Shown here: in pieces, positions 37,423 to 50,189 of the stretch
Layout: every line of letters starts with the position of its first letter
How positions within the stretch are numbered: the stretch's first letter is position 1
Assembly (NCBI RefSeq): GCF_006345805.1
Contig: NC_042997.1
Coordinates: 17,980,001 to 18,044,000, forward strand
DNA length: 64,000 nucleotides
Reading direction: 5' to 3'
Origin: Octopus sinensis
Lineage: Eukaryota
The notes under the pieces: generated by a model
Databases searched by the model: none
What the model saw: the letters and a program-made list of their open reading frames with translations, nothing else
What the model was told of the DNA's origin: nothing
Translations under genes and position numbers: made by a program

Positions 37423-39834
37423 GATGTACCCGCAAATGTTTTTGAACCCAAACTTGTTTGTAAAATTATTTCACTGTACAATTGTTTATTAAAAGTTTAT
37501 AGTTTCTAATCAACTTTGACATTTTGATCATAAGGAGAAAAACAGTTAGTTTTATATTTCTGAGCGAGAAATAAGTAGTAACAGTACTACAGGGTAAAAT
37601 CTATTTGCCAACATAAAGTGGCAGTCCTGACTAGGATGGTGTCACTACTTTTAAAGTGATACACAGTCACTGATTGAGGCCTAGTGCTGCCATCTCTAGC
37701 CAATGGTAATCCTGTGCCAATGAAGAGAGAAATAATCCAGAACCCACTGGTTCATAGATACTGTTTAAGGCTGAGTGGGGATATTAGCTCTCTTGTTTGA
37801 GGCATAAGGATGCAGCTGTGTGTCAATTGCCAGCTGGAAAAGATGTTTTCCTGGGGCTAAAAAAGGGTAGCAACACTGTCCTAATCAAGACTGCCACTTT
37901 ATGCTGGCAAATAAACCTCATTTTGATTATACTTTCATACTTATGATCAAAAGCGAGCTTTTCATGAATACTTTGCCTCCCATTTAGACATGATATATCC
38001 AAGAGCACCTCATCCAATATAGTTTTTCATTTTCAAGAGACTTGTACACAATCTGAGGGATATTTGGCTGCTATTTCTAAAAGGTTGACAGTCCTGGTAG
38101 AGATTTCCTCTTTGGCTTGAAATAATTCTTTGTAATTCCATAATATAATTCTTTTTACTTCATTGTTCTTTCTTTTAATTCATATTTTGAGAGGTCAATA
38201 TCATTTTACTAAAATGATGTTTGCTATTTTTCTGTGTATTTATTTAAAATTAATGACAGCGTCATAAAGGGGTATAGAGTCTGGGTGGATAATGACAAAG
38301 CAGTGTCTATGCATCTAAATCCAAGAATGAATTGTGAGATATTTCAACTTATCCAACACAAATATTCAAGGATTAATACAAACCTCTATAACCACACACC
38401 CAGATTCACCCACACCCCTACAGCTTCTACATACACCATGCAGTCCCTACAATTTTCTCCCTGCTCTCACTCGCACTGACTAACCGACTCCCAACCCTCT
38501 GAACACAACTAACCCCACCACCAAATCCTCCCCATTCTGAAATTCCATTCTCACACATTTATTCACATTATACTGTCTTGTCAAGAGGAATTGCAATGGT
38601 AGAGTTTATGTGTGGAGATGGCGGGGTATAGAGGAAAGGAGAGGGGAAAGTTTTTGAGGGATAAATGGAGTTCTTAAGGAGTAACTAAGTGTCATTGCCA
38701 TTGGTGTTGATATTGGTGTTGTTGTAGGTTGTGTGCTGTAGAAAATGATGATGATAATGATGATAATAATTTTGTTTAGAAAGGGTGTTGTTTGTGATGG
38801 TGGCCACATTTAAGTTGGAAAGGGGGTTGGATGTTTTGAAGAAGACAGCTATGCTGTTACTCTCCAATATATGTGTATGTAGGTGTGTATGGAGAAAGAA
38901 AGAACGAAAGGCCTAGGTATGAAGAAGGTGGAGTGAAGAGGGGATAGGGTAATGTCCCCTTCATAAGATGGGTCGGTAGGTATGTGAATGGGATGCTGGT
39001 TGGTGGCCAGTTATCAGTGATTTACTGGGGATTTCAGTCTCCCTGGTCCTCCACCACATCAGCTTGATAATGGTAATAAAAACATGTATGTGCACTGGCT
39101 GGCTGCTCCCACCTCACCCTGCACTCTCAGCTATCCAATGCCCACCCACACCGCTTCATCCTACTGTCTTCTTGGTTCAGGGATGTGCAAAGTTACTTGG
39201 GCAGAGCAAGACAGGCAGTGGCGACACAATTAATTCTAATCTAATGTATGCGACTCATAATCATTGGACGGGGTGGGTGAGATGAGATGGGTGTTACCAG
39301 GGAGGTATCGCCATGGTCATGGAGTGGTGGGGAAATGGATAAAATGAAATAAAAATTTATGTTGTTAATGGTGAGGGTTGTGGTAGTGGTATAGTGGTAA
39401 TAGTAGTAGTTGTCATGGTAGTGGTGGTGGTATAGTGAGTAAGAGCTTGCATGGAAACTGGTGGCTGGTGGCAGGAATATTGGGGTGGGTGTATAAAGGG
39501 CAGAAAAGAGTGAAGAAAAGCATGAGTGGGGTAGATGGAAACCTCATGAATAGGAGTGGGAGGTGGATAGTGAAATGATAGAGAGGAGATAAAGATGCTA
39601 TGTAAAGAGGCGATGAGGTGAGGAGGTGCACGTGGGGGTGTTGTGAAAGGGGAGGGCAAGAGGTGATGGTACTGTTATACAGAGTGGGGAGCAGTCGGTG
39701 GGATTGTGTAAGGGTGTGCAGAACCTGTGAGAGGAGGGAATGAGAAAGTATTGGGAGAGATTAGGGGGCGCATGTTAGCTCTTTGCAATACAGGGTCAAG
39801 TTATGAACAGAATTCAAAATGAGACAAAAATAAA

Positions 39835-39859
39835 ATATACATATATACATAGATACACA

Positions 39860-39900
<41 letters not shown>

Positions 39901-40226
39901 TACACACAGAAACAAACATGCACACACGCATACATACACATGCATATATATGTATGTTGACACACTCACTATACACACATGCAACACATGCACACATGAA
40001 TATGTATGCTTGTATATGCATGAAATTATGGAAAACAAACATACACGTGCATATACATATAAGCACATGTGCATGCTTGTGTAAGTATATCTGTATGAAT
40101 ATATATACATACATATACATATAGGGAGATATGTATGTGTATGTATATATATATAGATAGATAGATAGATATAGATATATATTGATAGACATATATAAAT
40201 ACACACAATACACACATATACTTATT

Positions 40227-40268
<42 letters not shown>

Positions 40269-40270
40269 TG

Positions 40271-40302
<32 letters not shown>

Positions 40303-40362
40303 TACATATACATATATATATATATGTTTGTATGTATGTATATATATATATACATACACACA

Positions 40363-40417
<55 letters not shown>

Positions 40418-40420
40418 AAT
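39835..40420. repeat. Compound (CA)/(TA) microsatellite
   Basis: Read directly; a further tract lies at 40850-40935. Confidence 0.95.
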
Positions 40421-41329
40421 ATGACTACAGCCGCAAATCATTTGCCTGTGCATCACCGGGGAGGAAGGGGATGCACAACTGCTGGTGGAGGTGGGTGACA
40501 GGGGATGCAGAGGCTATTATCATGCTAAGTAAACACTATTCCTCTGGCTCAGTGGAGATTGACATATTAATAGCAGCTGTCCAACTTCCTAAATGGATCA
40601 TCGTTTACTTCTGCAGTCTTACTGGTGTAGAAGTGTCAGGGAGACTAGGTATATCTCTGTCCCAGTGATTGGTGGAAGGAAAGTGTCAACAGAAGAATTT
40701 AACTGTTAAAAGAATCATTTTGCAAAAACAAATTTGGTCATATTATTTTATTGCATTATTCTAAATTTATATCTCTAGTTTATATGATACCATTATAATA
40801 TCTAACTACACCAACTTAATTCTAATCACTGTCTGAACTTCACCTTATTTACACACACACACACACACACACGATATGTACATATATATACATATATATA
40901 TACACACACAATCACAAACACACACACATATACATAGCAACACAAACAATAAAAACAGATATATATCCCTTTGTTTTTATTTATTGCCACTGACATGGTT
41001 GCTGCTGTTGCAGTTGATGATGATGATGTTGGCGTGGTTTATTTTATTTCTAATGAATTCACCCAGTCCCACTTTGTGTCGCCATCAGAGAAGACAATTT
41101 TATAACCTCTGAGAGGATTATCCATAAATGCCAAACCAAGGCTGAAAACAAAATGCAACTTTAAAATTTTGGTGCAGAAAAAAACAAAGCGCTATTGTTT
41201 TTTTTTTTATGCTTTCTGTGTATGATGCATGGTGTAAGGTGGCAGGTAAGGGGAAACCACCATCCCTTGACTTCAAATGACAGACTACCACTATATAAGC
41301 TTCGAAGTAAAAGAAATACTGAAATGTCT

Positions 41330-41665
41330 CCAAACCTGAAGGGATTTCTAAGAGCTAATGTTTAGATCAGCTTTCATGGGATTAAGTAAAGAAGGGATAA
41401 ATCTCTTCTTGGATAAGATATCAGTCTATCAGAGATACATCTAATGTGTGTTTCCAAAGGGCTGGTGACGATGCCTCTATGTGGTTGATTGACCTTTGAG
41501 AAATAGCAGTCAGATCTTCTTCAAATCATAGCCTGTAATCGTAAAAAAGAGTACAATAGGATATTGCAGTCTCGGATGTGGTTAAAAAGATATGATTATC
41601 AGGTCTAGAATTCTTTGATCATTGATCTGTTTCATCAGTGTTGACCATGGGTTAAACAACAAAAC
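41330..41665 (+). mobile_element. SINE-like family C
   Basis: GAGAAATAGCAG...AAATCA...TTTGATCATTGATCTG...TAAACAAC tail shared with 42880-43160. Confidence 0.5.
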
Positions 41666-42589
41666 AATGTATTTCAGATAGCAGAAATCATTGAGGCTCA
41701 TGGAGAGTTAAAATTCTTGCTTAAAATCACAGTGGAAGGGCTGCTGTAATTTGAACACTCATATTTATGAAAATATTTGGCTATAAGCTAAAGGACGATA
41801 TACAAAATGATATTAAAAAAAACAAAAACTTAATTAAAATTTCTCTCTTGGAGCAAGAAATCAAAACCCTAGTGGCAATTGTGGAAAGGAGATGATTTCA
41901 AGAATTAAGAATTAATCTACTAAAATCAATTTACATGCTTAGGAGAAGATAAATGTGATTTTTGTATTGGACTGAAAACTTATAGATCATGAGTTTAATA
42001 CTGACTGTCGAGATTTAGTTGTAAAGCTGAATATGAGTTTATTCTCTATACTTCACTTCACCTAGTTGTCAAGATAGGTACCAGACAATATTGAAATGTT
42101 ACTTGAGATACTGAAAATCCATTTAGTAACACTATAAAACTCAAGCTAAGTTGTAGTTCACAATGGCTTTGGATCAGCTGGAATGTTTTCATCATAGATT
42201 TACTTGATCAGAACTAACCTGTAATTAAGCAACACAAGCAAATATTACAATGTAAATGATTTATTTTACTTTTAGTCAAAATATATGGTTCCAAAGTTGT
42301 GCAATTTTATAAAGTATAACAATTGTGGGATTTTTTATTATTGCAAATCATTACCTCTGCCAAGGAAAGAGGTTATGTTTCCATCGGTGTTGGTTTGTCT
42401 GTCTGTCCGTCTGTGTGCAAAATCACTCAGAAAGTTGTTAATGGTATTTCAAAAGGAAGTGAAATAATTCACAAGTTTCTTCTTGATTATATTGTGATGG
42501 GTATTGGTTTTCTTTTATTTTATCAAATAACCCCTTCAATCAATACATTCGGTGTTCAGGCAAATGGTAAACATGCTTCTTTTTTTCAG

Positions 42590-42787
42590 CTACCTTCTAT
42601 TCATTATCATTCTCAAAACACCAGAGTGCAGAATGTCATATTTGATGATTTGGTTCCTTTTGCCGAATCCAAGGAAGTGCTGTAGAAGAAAATGTTCCAA
42701 AGTTAGAAACACAGACTGCAAAGATCAAAACACTATTTGGAAACCAAGAACAGATTTAGTTCAAATGAGAAAAGAGACTTACTCAAT
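42590..42787 (+). pseudogene. Candidate decayed exon, product unknown
   Basis: Strong GCTTCTTTTTTTCAG acceptor, GTATAG donor, 198 nt phase 0-0, LPSIHYHSQNTRVQNVIFDDLVPFAESKEVL*... with two TAG stops. Confidence 0.2.
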
Positions 42788-42879
42788 GTATAGGAAATGA
42801 ATATACTTTGTTCTTTGTGGAAGTAATAAATGCACAAAATATGCATTGGGCTCATTGACTGAGAAAGCCAGAGCATCAG

Positions 42880-43160
42880 CTGGGTGGATGGACATGAAAA
42901 TGTTTACACTAAAATCAACCATAAAGTTATGAGCTAATGAGGATGCTTTAACATATCACTAGATCTGTGAGAAATAGCAGCCAAATCTACTTCAAATCAG
43001 AACTTACTATTTTTGCAAAAAAAAAAAAATCATAAAAATAAAAACAAGGATGCATTAGATAATGTAGACCTACATACCCCTCAAAAAAGGTGGCTGGCCA
43101 TTGCTGAAATGCCTTTGTTCAATTTAGGGTTAACCTGTGGCTAAACAACATTAACAACAA
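42880..43160 (+). mobile_element. SINE-like family C
   Basis: Homologous to 41330-41665; ends CTAAACAACATTAACAACAAC. Confidence 0.5.
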
Positions 43161-46024
43161 CCATGTAGTTAAACTGACTCAATTGGCTCACTGCAAGTAA
43201 TAATTAAGGATCTATTTCCTATGTGATCTGGAAGTAGTTCAGTGTGACTAATTTGCATATATAATGCTTTCTTAGCTGCTAATTAACGCATTAATAGCAA
43301 TTTGCTATACTGTGCTTCTCCCTTGAAATTTACTTAAGACGTTAAGAACAGTAAATTTATAAATATCTCCAAGGATAGTTAAAGAGTGTAAATCATTTGA
43401 TGATATCCCAACATAGGACTGAATCTTGCCTGGCTAATCCTTTTTCTGTCTATGAACATATTGAATATACAGATAAGGTGTTTATATCTGTGAATACATA
43501 GTGTTGATAAAAATCTATAGATATTCTCAATAATATAGTATAATATTGTAATATTAGAAATAGAAAGAAAATAATAAATCTAATTTCAGAGAAAGGCTAT
43601 ATGATGTGCATATAAAAGCTTATGATATTTCAAAAGTTAAAAACACCAATTTGAATAAATTGGATGATAATGGCAACAACAACATAAGGGACCATGTGGC
43701 AAAAATATGTGATCACAAGTATATTTCTACACACATAGCAGAGGTATGTGACCTAGGAAAATACTTCTCACACTGTGATATTTATCCAAGGGTATATATG
43801 AAGGGAAGTCACATATCTCTGCATTTCTATGAAAAGAATAACTTACCCTATTTTCTCAAAGTGAGAGGTGACTCTGACTGATGATATCTTGTCTCTCAGT
43901 TAAAGTAGGGTTTAAGAGACAGTATATAAGTGAGTATGTGGCAAGAAATTAGTTTGAGCTTGTTCACTGTGCAACTGCCTTTATATATGTGCCATGAATA
44001 TATGAGATGAGGCAAGGTGAGATGAGAGCCATAGTGAAGGATGTTAATGATGACATTGACATTTTGCTTATTGCTACCTCTGTGACTCAGTTTGAGCAGG
44101 TAGTGAATATCAAGATGACTAGAAATGATACTGGCTGGAAAAGGGTCAACATGGACGTACAGATCCTAATGATCTCCAAAGACCACACAGCCACTTTGAA
44201 GCTATGTTCCATCATGGGTGCAGAAATAAAAACAATGATGCTGGTAGCATGGGCCAGAAAGCTCATCCATATGTGTGGTAGCAAGTGCCATTTGATAGCT
44301 TTTTGCCTTAGAGAACTTGAAAAACAGAAAAGAACAGCTCTTTGAAAAGCATCAAGACTCTGGAAAAAACAAAAAGAGATTGATCTATACTCCATCCCAG
44401 AAAACAGTAATCTTAGATCTGCTTTCCAGCCATAACCAGTAGCAACCCACCATCACCTTATGATGATAATTAGGAGAAGATGGAAAATGAACAAAATAGG
44501 TAAACATCATGGTCAGTAGAAAAGAATAACAACAAAAAAAAAAGAAAAGAAAATGATTGAAAAGAAGCCCCACTTAAAAAAAAATATGTACTTCAAGAAA
44601 AGGTCAACAAACTGCAAGGAGGACCTTCCCTGAAGATAATTCGAGTTTTATGGTCATTTGACAGTGTGCTAAGTAGACAAGTTCAGGGGAATCACAAAAA
44701 AAAAAGAGATAGAAAAAACAACAAAACACTCAAATGACTGAAAATTGGTGGAAAAGACACTAACAACTTATCATTAGAAAAATGTTTGCCTGGATGACAT
44801 GAGATGTCATCCAGGGGAATTGGAGAAAAAGTCAACAGGCAATAGGATTCTTCAGTACCAGGTAGGTAAAGTGTCTATATCTAAACTAAAAGGAAGCAAG
44901 GAATTATTTGAAGAGCTTTTACTGCTTTTTCTTGTCGGTTGAGTGATCATATAGAAGTCCTTTTGTTGCCTTATTGAAACTAAGATATTTAAAGCTACAT
45001 TTTGCTTAATCAATACATACAATACTAACTCTCAGTTTGAGTTAAAATATTAACACATGATTCAGAAATTTCAATTATGTTAGTGTAAACACAGCCTTAC
45101 TCAAATTTTGCTAGTTTACTAAGCAGAAACATCATGAAAAATAGCAAAGAATTATGCTTTCTCATTATGCTCCACTTTCAAAAGTTTTAACTTAAGAATC
45201 TATAAAATATTAAAGACTTATTTTAAATGATCATTTATATTCCAAACAATAAGTAAACGTATCAGGATTCAAAAACAAATAAAAGCAAATTTAAAATTTT
45301 TACAATGATTTTATGTGAAATGAAAATTGTTAACATGAATCATATGAAATTAGAAGCACATGGTTTTGGTGATAACTTCGACAAAATCATAAAAAAATTA
45401 AAGGATAGCATATGTTTATTTATTTGATAAAATAAAACAAAACCATAACAATACAATCAAGAAGAAGCTTGCGAATTATTTCACTTCCTTTTGAAATCTG
45501 GTTTGATATTTCATAGAAGGTGTAAACATTCCTCAGCTTGATTTAAAACAAATAACTGAAGAATGTAAATAAAAAATAAATCATGATCATCATTTTACAT
45601 CCGTTTTCCCATGCTGGCATGTATTAATGATATATTTTATTGTGAAGACAGTCATATTGAACAATGAATGACATGCTGATTATTTATTTGTGTATATACA
45701 CACACATACGTATATAAATATATATACATGTATGCATGTCTGTATATATGTAAGTGTGTGTATATAAGCATAAAGAAACTATGCACCAATAACAGGTAAA
45801 ATACATGTAAGAAGATATGGTATAATCGTAGATACCTTCTATTCTCATCAGCTACTAACTGAAGGTCAAGGTAGTTTTGCCCAAAAATACAACAGGGAAT
45901 GGTATCAAGAATAGGGCAGCAAAGAAAGAATGGAAAATGAGGCAGGACAACAACTATAAGATCACTGTAATATCAGTGCCAATAGATCACCACAGTCTAC
46001 TGTAATATGAACGCTAAGCACTGA

Positions 46025-46468
46025 GCCTTTTAACAATTGAAATATGTCACAAACATTTTTTAACTAACCTAAAGTTTGCTTACACCTAAACACTGCTTGG
46101 CACGGAAAATTATGGCAATTTCCATGGCTGTGGTAGTCTACTAGTGCAAATCGGTCAACATTGTTGACTGTATTCTAGTCAAAGCCACAGCTTTGATAAA
46201 GTCTGTCCAGAGTTACCTCTCTTAGGTATTTCCCATAGATAGCTGCTAAAAAAAAAAAAACTAGAAACATCAATGTCTGGAAATCAGACAGGTGGTGACT
46301 CTGGGTAAATATGGTGTTTTTGTGCCTTTTTATCATAGGAGAGAATTTTCCTTCACAGGAACAGTAGTGAATTTGCCTTTTAGCAGTTGAAATATGTCAT
46401 AAACATATTTTAACTAACCTAAAGTTTGCTTATGTTTAAACACTGCTTGGCACTGATATTATGGCAAT
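46025..46468 (+). repeat. ~94-bp diverged direct repeat flanking a 255-bp segment
   Basis: 46025-46119 vs 46375-46468 (shared block TTTTAACTAACCTAAAGTTTGCTTA). Confidence 0.85.
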
Positions 46469-46475
46469 ATACATA

Positions 46476-46778
46476 TTTTTCTTTTATTCTTTTATTTGTT
46501 TCAATCATTTGACTGCAGCCATGCAGGAGCACTGCCTTTACTCAAACAAATTGAACTCAGGACTTATTCTTTGTAAGCCTAGTACTTATTCTATCATTCT
46601 CTTTTGCCGAACAGCTAAGTTATGGTGATGTAAACACACCATCATCAGCTGTCAAGTGATGGTGGGGGACAGATGCACACACACACATATCTATGATGAG
46701 CTTCTTTCAGTTTCTGTCTACCAAATCCACTCATAAGACTTTGGTCAGCCTGAGGCTATAGTAGAAGACACTCTCCCA
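46476..46778 (-). mobile_element. SINE family A, 5'-truncated
   Basis: Reverse complement of the family A body and tail. Confidence 0.85.
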
Positions 46779-48170
46779 TAGTCGATTTTTATCTGTCTAT
46801 ATCAGAAGGATTACTGGTCAAGGCACTTTCCTTCACTAGCAGCTTCACTGACATTAGTGATAGGGACATAAATGTCATCATGGACACAAGTAAAACGGTG
46901 CTGTTTAATAAAAGTTTGACCTGGGTCAAGCACACTGACACCATGGGCTCTTTTGATGTAGTGATGGGAGCCTACGACAGCACTGATATATGCAACCTCA
47001 TTGGGTTTTATAACCTGTATACCCTAAAGAAGAAATTCTCTTCTGTCCTCTTTGGTCTCTACAGAGATGATGCCCTGGTTATCTCTAGAGATGCTAACAG
47101 GCACACCCTAGATAGCCTTAGGAAAGATCTGATTAGCACCCTAAGCTCCATGGGACTGAAAATTACAACTGAGACTAACTTCACCACTGCAGACTTCTTA
47201 GACATCATGCTTGACTTGGGCTCTGGTTTATACAGACCCTACCACAAGCCAAACAAGAGGCTAGCATATATCAACACAGTCTTCTGCCACCCACCCAACC
47301 TGTTCAGAAACCTGGTGAATGGGTCAGCAAAAGGATCTGAAATCTATCCTTTAGCTGCACCTCCAATATTAAGAGTATTTTAGTTAAGACCCCTAGGCCA
47401 TGAGTGGAGGTAGGATGCTCATGCAGGGACCAAGTGCCTAGTGGGAAGCCAATGCGAAACCAAGGGGGTCATTTATGAGGTTGAAGTGGTATCTGGCCCT
47501 AATAGCAGCAGCAGCTTTTCCAGCAACTATGGCAGTAGCAGGAATGTCTGTAATAATGGTAACGGCAGAAATAAAAGCAGCACCATCGCTAATGATAATG
47601 CTAATAATGATAGCAGTAATAACAACCACAGCAACAACCACTGCTATAGTGAAGATAACAGCTCCAACAACAACGACGATGGCTATAGCAGCACCAACAG
47701 ACACACCAAAAACGACAACATCATCGCTAACACCAACTCCACCACCAATGATGTCCCCTATGCCAGCATTAACAACGCCAACACCAGCATCAGCACTAAC
47801 AACACCAGCAGCAACTGCAGTGGAAGTAGATGCATCAATACCAACAAAAGCAGCAACACCAAGAGTAGCATTTGAAAATACATCAGATGCTCTGGAAACC
47901 TTCAAGCAGCACCTCTCCAACCAAAAATCCGCATTTAGGATCTCGGAAACATGTTATGCCACATCCTTAGCTAGTCATATGTGGTACCTGAAGAACGAAG
48001 GGACTCCAACCGGGTCCCTACATCAACAAAAGCAAGCATTGCAAGCTGTGCATAGCAGAACGGGTGAGGATATCAAACAACTCCCTCGACCTGGGGGAAC
48101 AGCTTAAATTTCAAGACGGAAGTCTTTGGACCTTGCTTACACTTCAGGTGTTTCCTACTGAAATTCTGGG
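46779..48170 (+). mobile_element. Penelope-like element (Naiad-like), RT + GIY-YIG, decayed
   Basis: VDFYLSISE; FDVVMGAYDSTDICNLIG; GLYRDDAL; FLDIMLDL..G.YRPYHKPN..HPP; then CSCR..C....C..KGVIYEVEV, KYIRC, HMWYLK, CKLCIAE, C.H. Confidence 0.85.
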
Positions 48171-48305
48171 ACCAGCATACTGCCTGGGTGGATTCCGGGT
48201 AGTGGTCTAAGGGAGACAACTCCATGAACTTGACCTCCTTTGTGTGTTCAATAACTAGCCACGTGGTCTTTTCTCCCTCCGTTTTGAAAAGAAGTTATCA
48301 AGTTA

Positions 48306-48400
48306 GGCAGTGGCGTAGCTAGGGTATGGCAGACAGGGCACTTGCCATGGGCGCAGTTCTGTGGGAGGCGCAATTTTGAGTCATGAATGAGTAAAGTGAC
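48306..48400. mobile_element. Possible hAT-type terminal sequence (solo end)
   Basis: CAGTGGCGTAGCTAGGG start resembles hAT-superfamily MITE termini; the partner end was not found. Confidence 0.3.
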
Positions 48401-49256
48401 TTAATTTTGGCAAATTTTTCAGTCCATTCATGCACGTACATGTACGCTGTGGCAAATTTTGTTGATGTGTGGGTGGTCTCAAGAATGTGGCCAATGTATT
48501 GTTATTCGGATTTTGAGCACCCCACCCCACCCCACCACAATATTTTTTGTTTTGAATCAAGAAGTATGTGGGTTGACCATAGTGCTCCAACCCCAGCAAG
48601 TTAATATCCTTCTACCTTCAGACCGTCATCGGGGCACTTCCCCCTCTACCCTCGCTTGTCAAAGTATCCATTCGCTAGTTTTTAATTGGTTACCAGCCAA
48701 GTAAGCCATTTGAGCTGTACATCCCCTTGCAAATTAGCCCGCAGCTTAGTCAGACAAAGCTCTATATGTATATCTATTTGGCTGACAGATGTCAATGTTC
48801 TCCGCAAACAATCGGTCGTTCCGGCGATCTCAGACCATTAATCTTTACACTGACGATCTTCTTGGAGCTTTTATCTTCTTGGGAATTAATCATTACGTTT
48901 CTTGCTTGCTCAAAGTTGATCATACTTGCATGAGTAAATATTTCCGATATTTTTATGCCTATGCACAGTGGTAGATTTTGTTTCTGATATGATTTTTTTT
49001 TCACTTACATATGCAAACAGAGTAATTTTTCAATGTTAAACCGTAAACATAAGCAAAATTTATTTACCCGTTTTCTAACCAGACCCACTCAAAACCATCC
49101 AATCAAAAATCTTTGATTTTGATGCATATTATTTTTCCAACACTGCAATGGTATGGGCTCAAAATAATTGGTTTTTTACTGAAAATATTTGTCAAAATTG
49201 TATCACATACAGAAAAAATTGTCATCTCATGTGTGACTGAATATTGAAAAAAGTAA

Positions 49257-49819
49257 ATAAGTAGTATATTCAATATTGTAAAACTCAGTATTTACTCCTC
49301 TTGATGAATTGGGATTTTTATTTTGCCACAGTGGTATGCAGTGTTACTTGCCTTATATGATGCAAATGAATTGAAGTGCGTAGATCTGCGTAGAGCGAAG
49401 TTATCCGGGATAATATTCTTTAATCTTCATAGCTATACTAACTTTGATGAAGATCGCCCATACATTATGCTCACCCAGTTGCTGTAATAAGTAAGAATAG
49501 TGCCTTTAAAATTTTTCAGTCATTTCAGTATATTATCTCAATAATATGGCTAAAAATAGATAATTTCCCAAGAATGAGTTTGTTTTCACATCATTTAACG
49601 ATATTTTATGGAGAAGTAAGTAGTATATTCCATGAAATAAAAGTCAATGTTATTTTTCTTGGGATTTTTATTTTTCCACCGTTGTGTGGAGTGTTACTTA
49701 ATCTATCTAATACAAAAGGGTTGAAATGGGGAGATCTGCATAGAGAAAAGTTATTGTACATAACATGCTTTAATACAGCTATATTGCTTGCAATGAATAA
49801 TGCTTATATGCTCACCTAG
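49257..49819 (+). repeat. Diverged ~210-bp direct repeat pair
   Basis: 49257-49478 vs 49617-49819 share AGTAGTATATTC, GGGATTTTTA, AGTGTTACTT, AGATCTGC.TAGAG and TATGCTCACC blocks in the same order. Confidence 0.6.
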
Positions 49820-50189
49820 AACATATTTGAAATAAAAATGGTCTATGTAAAGGTGTTTTCATAGTCACTTAGTCATTTTTCATAAGTACGACATTAAAAA
49901 ATAGAAAAGATCTTAAGAATGTGCATTCAATCGAATGCACGCGATTAATGGCTCGGTCATATTACTGGATCTTGTACTGTGACACATTGAGCCAACGTGT
50001 TGGAAGCTTCATATGACTCCGCCTATGAGTCATACCCTGCTGTACAGCGATCATTATAATCATTGACATACGTTGCTCCCATATCCGCCAAAACTTTTTA
50101 AAAATTAACAAAGCTGTTGTGATGGATTCCACTTCATGCAGTTAATATCTTTAAGTAATGATTTAGATGGTATTAACATAACATAAGAT

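Noticed and set aside
38480-39770. Strongly strand-biased G/A-rich region (similar at 24000-24400), considered as a Penelope/LINE relic or G-quadruplex cluster
   Set aside because: Only vague motif resemblance and no regular G-run pattern; left unannotated.
44007-44345. 112-aa ORF
   Set aside because: No recognisable motif or splice context; possibly a LINE ORF1 relic, but I cannot support that.
47873-47875. In-frame TGA before KYIRC in the Naiad-like element, as possible selenocysteine (some Naiads encode selenoproteins)
   Set aside because: It is not at a conserved Cys position. The second copy has CAG here, the Cys motifs use TGC/TGT, and the copy has other frameshifts.
47438-48107. Alternative-frame and antisense Ala/Thr/Val-rich ORFs (160-210 aa), also at 59177-59640
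   Set aside because: By-products of the trinucleotide-rich insert in the GIY-YIG region.
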